From Antedon mediterranea (Eukaryota > Animalia > Echinodermata), in NCBI RefSeq assembly GCF_964355755.1, contig NC_092678.1:4232422-4296421 (forward strand): 64,000 nt of DNA, written 5' to 3'. Under the pieces are notes generated by a model, which saw nothing but the letters and a program-made list of their open reading frames with translations, ran no database searches and was not told the DNA's origin. Position 1 is the first letter of the stretch. Each line of letters starts with the position of its first letter. This document shows positions 56,449 through 64,000 of the stretch, in pieces. A program made the position numbers and the translations under genes.

Positions 56449-59400
56449 TATTCATTTCATTTCTCTTTATCTTGGGATTCATATCCATAGATAAAAAACA
56501 GTTCATAACAAAAATCTTTAAAACTAATCCAATAGGTGATAACAAACAAACTGTATACAGTACCGCATGCCTGCTGTAGTGTAGGCCTATGTATAGTATT
56601 TTTTATATAAGTTTAATAAATTTCAAAGCTCTCTCCATTTATACAGAAGCTTCAATTCACAAGAAAATTGTTGTTTACAGAATGCAACAATCAAACAAAA
56701 TACTTAAAACATAACAAACACGACAACAGTCTAAAATATACACAATGTATACATGTGTGGGCATACTGTACAGCATTAAACTAGCTTATAAGAGTTTAAT
56801 CAATAAGACGACATAAACAGAGTTGTAATTACGCATCATTTGTTTCTAATAAAGTCTGTAACATATAAAATGTCAAAGGACAATTGTTTAATATTAGAGT
56901 TCCATTAAATCTTGTAATTTTCAAGGAATCATAAATATCCAATTACTGTACATCACCACTTTTTCATAAACCACATCTATATTTTGCTGCTATATTTAGT
57001 AACTAAATTATTGAAAAATTACTAATGGATCTTAAAAAGACTTTGAAATTAAGTTATTTACTCCAAAGAAATCATTTTTTTCTTTTTTAACTGAATGTTT
57101 TGATCCAAATAATTGTAAATATTACTTTAAAATAGCAAAATAAAAATCTGCAAATAGTATAAAATCCACCTCCTCCTATCATGATTAAAGGTTTAATTGA
57201 AATTTGTAGTCCTTTTTTTTTTATTTCATCCCCACTCAACAGTCAGAAATAAACAATAAAATAATACAGTATGATTATGATAATTGATATACCATATAAT
57301 ATGTAAAAAAAATAAAATTTGACAATACAAAATAGTCTGTCATCCTACAGTAAATATTCAAGATATTTAACAACGAAACAAAGACAAAGAATTACAAAAC
57401 AAATATCAATAGAAGTACCATTCAATCAGTGTAATCTTTGAATGAAAGTATGTTTAAAACTTTGTAACAAACACTTTTTAATAGGACAGGAAATATGTAA
57501 TTAACAAATTAAAGGATTTTAGTAAAGTTTTGTCATTTTCACCAGAATTGGATCATGGGGGATATTTTAAGTATCTAAAAATTAAGCAAAAGGTTTTAAA
57601 AATTGAAATATATGCAATTAACAAACTAAAAGATTTTAGTAAAGTTTAAAGTCATGTTTACCAGAAATGGATTATGAGGAATAAATTTAATCTAAAAATT
57701 AATGAAAAAAAAGTTTCAAAAAAAATACAGTATCTGCTATTTCCAGACACTGAATGAAATGAATACAAACTTTGGTTCTACAAAACTCTAGATTTTCTTA
57801 CCACACAGTTTATTTGATGTAGAAATTAACATGACAAGTGTGCCCCACCCTAACCTACAAAATTACTCTAATTCGATAAGAATCACAGAATGTCAGTGCT
57901 CTTGTAAATAGTTTAACTAGTGGGTTAAATCTAATTAGACGTCTGGTGGATGGAAATGTGTAGCACAGATGCACAAAGACATCTAATGAGATAATTAATG
58001 TAAATTTACAAAAGGTAATTACATACAATAACTAACTGGCAACTCCCATTGCATCAGCAAAAAAAACATGATATCAATTTATTGTCTGTAAAAGCATTCC
58101 TTGATAATAATAGGGAGGCCTTTGATTTGCAACGACCGACGACTTTTAGGAACATGTTGTGGGCAATATTTCTCAGTATATTCTTACGACCTCACGACAC
58201 ATCAAAGTGTACAATAGGTCCCAAATCACAAACCTCCCACTATTACTACTAAATATAACATTTCTCCATTCATAACTTATTAAAACAATAATCATATTGC
58301 AAAAATGTATAAATAGATTTTTAATTTACATACGTGGCATATATCCTTGTTTGGCCGACTGGATATGTTATATAACTCAACCTCTTTCCTCCCTTCAACA
58401 TAATCTCCCTCTTCAACCTCTTATCCCTCCTCTATGCACAGACCCCAGCAGGTGGATATGTGACTTTGAATACATAAGGGAATAGCATTATTAAGTTTCT
58501 GCAAAAACTGTATACAGATAACCTGTAGACACTATTGCATACAACACATGTTAAAACTGTATGGCATACTAATTAAATTATAGCTGTAGAAATCTCACAT
58601 TTAAACACTTTACAAGCCGATATTATACAATACTAAAGTTTAAAATCCATTAAAATCATGGTACAGTATTAATAATAATAAATTCTAGTATGACGTTGAA
58701 AATATTTTGCAGAGCACTTTTGTGCGTTATCAAGATGGTTTAGTGTGGGTGGAATTGAATAAGAAGCAAAGCGAAAAGAAGATATACTGGGTAACCCTCC
58801 ATAGTGACAAAATGTATCCCCTTTGACATTACAAAGACATCTTCCCAATAGCGTTTCCATTTTTGTAAAGATCATAATCACAAAAATAGCCATGGCAAGG
58901 TAGTAGTAGAAATAAATGAGCTAGGATGACATTCAGTACTTGCAAGATAATGTGTGGGTGTACTCATTTCTTTCACATTTGATTTACCTTGCATCTATAA
59001 ATAAATGTTGTTTTGAACACTATCTCTTCCTGTATAAGACTATAAGGGTGGGTGAATCTTTCAAGCATGCTGATGACATTTTATGTTTTTGTAAAAATGT
59101 CTTTTTAAAAAATGTTTTAATATGAAAAAACTTTGTCTTGATGCACAAAAGGTGCTTGTTGTACAGCGGTAACAAAGTTTTCATTTCATCTGGTCTATGT
59201 TTCAAGCTTCCCCAGATAAGGCCCAGCCACAATGGCTTCCCCTCCCAAATTTCAAAAGATAGGACATCAGCCTAAGTTCAACACTGGATCTGCCAGTTTA
59301 GTAGGTACTCTAGTTTTTAGGATACACCTATACAGTAGAAGTATTCCTAAATTACACTTGTGGCCCATCCTACTAGTTGGCACACATCTTTACCTTTATT

Positions 59401-61359
59401 CCAAAACCACAAAAACAAAAAAGAAAGAAAAAGAAATCTTCCAAATTTTTAAACCAGTACAGTTAGTTTAAAAATGTCCGTTATTTAAATAAAGTTTGAC
59501 CTGAACCTGACTCCAAATATAAGCAACTTCATCTTCATGTCGCAAACATAACCCATTATCTTATTAACACTTTGTACCTGGTGAAAGCTAATCAAGTTTC
59601 CTGTATTATACCATCAGAGCAACCAGACACGTCCTACAATAATTAAACACTATTCACTTATTAGAGGACAACAACATTTTTCAGACATTAAACGGCCCTG
59701 CCCATTTTTAATTAATTTAGTTTGATAGATCTGCTATCAAATTTGGTATACGGTAATAATAACCAACGATTTCGAAGAGAATAATGTAATTCTTGTAAAA
59801 TTAATTTTATAATTTGAAGCTTTTATAATAGTTGTCGGTATATGTACTTTAGAAACATTATTTTTAAATGAATAGATATTAGGAAATAGATTTAACCATA
59901 AACATCACAATCAACACACTGTTTGAGTCTAGACACTCACTCCATGTAATTTAACAGAGTACAGGAAAGGTTTACTTATTGTAAAATTCAAATACAGTTC
60001 TGTTTACTTTAAATCTATTCTCACTAGTTTTTTAGGAATGTCTTTTTAGGACAGTCTAGACCAGGAAAAAGACAGGGTAACCCTTGCTTGCCAGATATGT
60101 CTAGCATCAGGAAGACACAGGAAGTGCATGGTATTTTATACACTGTCTAGACGACACTTGCTGAAAACTAATGGTACCCATAGTAAACTATGGAATATAA
60201 TTATTTATAATGTAGTATATTTAATAACTTCAAAACACTTATTAATTAATGGGAATTCAATGTGATTGGAATTTAATGATGTTAAATCAAATCTACGGAA
60301 ATAAATAATAATGTTGAATTGAATTAAAAATCACCAAGTCATTTAGTTTCAAGCATTAGTCGATCAGTAGAGAACTAAGTAATTTTAATTAGAAAAAAAC
60401 ATTGTCCCAAAAGTGGTTTTCCAAGAGGATTATTTTTACTCTAAGAAGAGGAGATCATTTGATTCTGTGTGGTGATACAAAATCAACAGGTGAATGAAAG
60501 GGAAAACATGTGACTTAAAACAAACATCATATATCCTGTTTTTACAAGTTATCTTGCGTCTAAGCATCAATATGATTAGGAAGAAGAGGCAAGAGGTCTG
60601 TTTGCTGGGGATGGGTGTGACAAGGAAGGAAACAAAAGTCAGCCGGTACACACGTGCCCTCTTGAAATTACCCCTAAGGATTTATTTCTAATTCAACAAA
60701 TTATCTATCATTCCATCCTTTTAACAAACAGATTTGTTAGCCATTAAAAAAATCTACTACACAATTGGTGGTGATGTTCGTTGGATTTAACGTAAAGCAG
60801 AAAGGGAAGTAGAGTTCTTAAATTTATCAGCGACTTTATCGTGTAGCAGTAACAGAAATCAAATTGTCACTGTTCGTGATATGAATTGACAGAAAACTTT
60901 CAACAGCTGTGGTAATTTGAATGCTATGGGGTTATTACTCCTATACTCTGCAACACACGGGAAAGAAGTAGGGGTCTGACTTCACATCAAAGGGGTTATT
61001 GCTCTCTGACAGGGGGAATCAGGGGTCTAAATTCACACCAATGGGGTCAATGCTTTTAAGTTATAAGACACATAGTTCAAATTCTCATCATGGTGATGTT
61101 CTAATAAGAAGAAGTGAAATCAATCCTTATCTCTTCTAAAGTTGGCATGAACAAAATGACAAATGTTAATAAAGTGGACTTATTCCATAACCTGGAGACA
61201 GGTGTGCAACCATCTTTAACATTGATATAAGGATGGGTTATCTACCCTATACTGTGTTACAGATGATGGTATAGACCGATGGACAATAGATGAGCTGGAG
61301 AGGTGTGCGGTAACCTAAATTTCTTATACGACATCAAAACATTATTTCAAGGTCTTTCA

Positions 61360-61585
61360 ACTAAATTTTCAAAACTCACCCTAAACTTGTCAATACTCAC
61401 CCAAAACTTTTCGAAACTCACTCTAAATTTCAGAATTTACCTAAAAATTTGGGAACTCAACCTAAACTTTACAAAACTCACTCTAAACTTGTTGGAAATC
61501 ACCTTAAACTTTTCGGAATTCACCCTAAACTTTTCAAGACTCACCCTAAACTTTTTGGAACTCAACCTTAACTTTTCGGAACTTT
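61360..61585. repeat. Minisatellite, 21-bp unit (AAACTCACCCTAAACTTTTCG), ~10 copies
   Basis: Periodic CTAAACTT; explains the repetitive ORF 61303-61605. Confidence 0.9.
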
Positions 61586-63232
61586 CAATCCTTAAAGAGA
61601 TTTAAAATTCCTAATCCAACATGGAATTGATCCAATTAGTACGGGAATCTTGAGTAACTTAAAAGCCTCAAGGGAAGCTCATCTTACAATAGCATTAAAT
61701 TTTCATTTTATTTGAAAGGAAATGACTCTCCTTAGATATGATATGAAACATTACATCACGGACAAAGCAGGAAACTAGTGTGCTGGGGGTAACAACTGTA
61801 TTATGTCTGCTTGCCATTTGATGTACTGTACAAATGGAATCATATTAAAATAGTAAGCGAAAAAGGAGAAAAACAATAATAAAAATGTCTACTTTTCGAG
61901 GTATATCTCACTCTTCGAGGAGAAAGGCTATTGTCGGTTTATCCAGGTAAGCTAGGCACGAAATAGACTATACATATTTAGGCAGTCTTCTCAAAGCATT
62001 TTATAAATTGTGATATACACTAGGAAAATTATATAAATGTATCTACTGTATGTTTCTAGAAATGATGTTTTAATATACAAGAAAGCCTAGCCTAAGTCTC
62101 TTGTTTCTGGATGTACTGCTGCAATGCCATTAGTGAACTCTCTGAAAACAAACATCATTAAGGTCCTGAATGCTAATGATACAAGATATTTTAGGACAGC
62201 CTAAAGATATCAGACTGTCGTAGTAGTATCTAGCATATGCTGCGTTGATTTGTCTCCAGCAGTTCTACTACTTTAAAGTTGGTGATTCAATTAATTTATC
62301 GTAATTTTGTATGGATAAGTGAAATTTACATTAATATGTTTATTTCGACAAAAACTTGACCCCTTAAATGTGGAGAGAAATAAAATAATTTGTTTACATC
62401 CATGTGCACAAAGAACTTGTAACTTGTGTTCTAGGGACAGGATATTTCAAACTTGTTTGTGCAGGGGCACATGACATGCAAACAGGGTCACTTCCCCCAT
62501 CTGTTATAAGCAAATATATGTAATCTTACAATAACCAGATTTGCATACGTTAGAGTCCAGGTACTCTCTGACAAAAACATGTAAATTGTAGTAGTAGTGA
62601 AATTGTTCAGTAAAATTAACATAATTAATTTTTTAAGATAATATAAATAAATAAATTGCCAGTATTTGACTTAGTATAATTAGGCCTAGTATAATCTTAC
62701 TGTATGGTTGAGTATAAGCCCACCCCTAATTTAGGCTAAATTTAGACACACGACTTTGGTAAATCAATTGTTAAAGTAATCCATGTATAATAATCTCATC
62801 TCTCATCATAATTTCAGCCAAATTCCGTACCTAGGTATACCAGTACTATATACTACTACATTAGGTCATGATTAAGCAAAATAACAAATACATTAATTAT
62901 AAAATATTATACATTTGTTTTTTAACTACAGTACCTCGATACCACCCACATGCAAGACTGTTTGATGTGGTTAAATCTACCACATCTAAACTTCTAACCT
63001 ATAGTTAGTAGTACAGTAGTAAGTCTATACTCTTACTTACACACCAACTACATGTGCTGTCCAGAACATAATAACAATAAACTAAACATGGTTTTGTGGT
63101 GGTAATCACCTAAGCATTTTGTGCACGTAATTCATTGATGGTGAACTTTATTCAGCCATTTATTTAATTAAAATGAATTTAAAATCAGTTATGAACTAAA
63201 TACTACTCATTAGAGACTTACATGAAGTCTTA

Positions 63233-63884
63233 GACCCCATTTACACTTACGATTTAGGCGGCCCTGGGTCGGCCCTGGGTCGGCAATTGATAAGTGTAAA
63301 TACTCCAAAAAGTTAGGCCGGCCCTGGGCCGGACGCAGATCTGGGCCACCTCTCCAGGTAGGTTCAGGAGCGGCTTTTACGTTTGGGCCGGCTTACGCAG
63401 TGAACCGTGAACAACGTTTGACCTTTTTATGAGGTTGTTGTTATGACGATCCGACATTCTCAGTACATATATCTTCCTCCTTTTCGAGCGACAATTTGTT
63501 TTCTTCATTATATAGTTAAATTTATTTTCAGACATCTTCTTTCAATAAAGTATTCCTCCGCTTGTTTCGCATATACATAAAATATAGCCATACTATATAT
63601 AAAACAGTGGGGTTCATTTTGTTTTTAATGGGACAAAAAACAACAATACAGTATAAATATAAAACGGTCGGTTCGCGCGGAGAGAGTTGAATTGATGATC
63701 GAGAGAGAAAAAATGTAAACAAACTGTACTTCGTATCCCAGCATGTAATGGTACTTCCGATAAAATTATTTACGACCAGTATTCTGCGTCGCTAGTGTAA
63801 ACGCTCTGGGGCCGGCCTAAAAGGTAAATATTTGCAACCGGCCCAGGACCGGCCCTGGACCCAAACGTAAGTGTAAATGGGGTC
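63233..63884. mobile_element. PIF/Harbinger (Tourist-like) MITE, 652 bp
   Basis: Perfect 19-bp TIR GACCCCATTTACACTTACG, TSD TTA on both sides, subterminal GGCCCTGG repeats. Confidence 0.9.
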
Positions 63885-64000
63885 TTACTCTTTGGTAGTG
63901 TACTCATTTCATTCCCCTCTCAATCAAATAGAAAAACTCAAAAGTTTAAATACACAGGGGTGCACATCAAACAAGCTGGTGTTGGCACCAAAGTGTGTGC

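Noticed and set aside
61303-61605. 100-aa leucine-repeat ORF
   Set aside because: Translation of a 21-bp minisatellite with no ATG start or splice support.

Overview
AT-rich, intron-containing animal genomic DNA; the repeat families and gene content suggest a marine invertebrate deuterostome such as an echinoderm (inference). Five spliced genes could be rebuilt by hand: two tandem secreted proteinase-K-like S8 subtilases (+, 10524-13679 and 14440-17618), a CABIT/PxRPxK/SAM GAREM-like adaptor (-, 18569-23560), an IFRD1/2 orthologue (-, 25532-32473) and a NET1/ARHGEF3-type RhoGEF (-, 34998-47264, with possible 5' exons near 55.3-55.8 kb). The IFRD locus stands out: three introns each carry one copy of a box C/D snoRNA resembling SNORD62/U62 (predicted target 18S Am590-equivalent), the 5' leader has two uORFs, the longer ending in TGA-TAA-TAG, and a cluster of bZIP sites lies upstream. 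The first 9 kb is rearranged and repeat-rich: an orphan exon (Pro/Ser repeats, six tandem SIM-like motifs, C-terminal RTRSGR..PP.RY motif), a decayed Gypsy gag-pol, minimal hammerhead motifs of Penelope type and Helentron-like elements. SINEs, an L2 fragment, MITEs and minisatellites are scattered throughout. All family assignments rest on motif recognition, not database searches.
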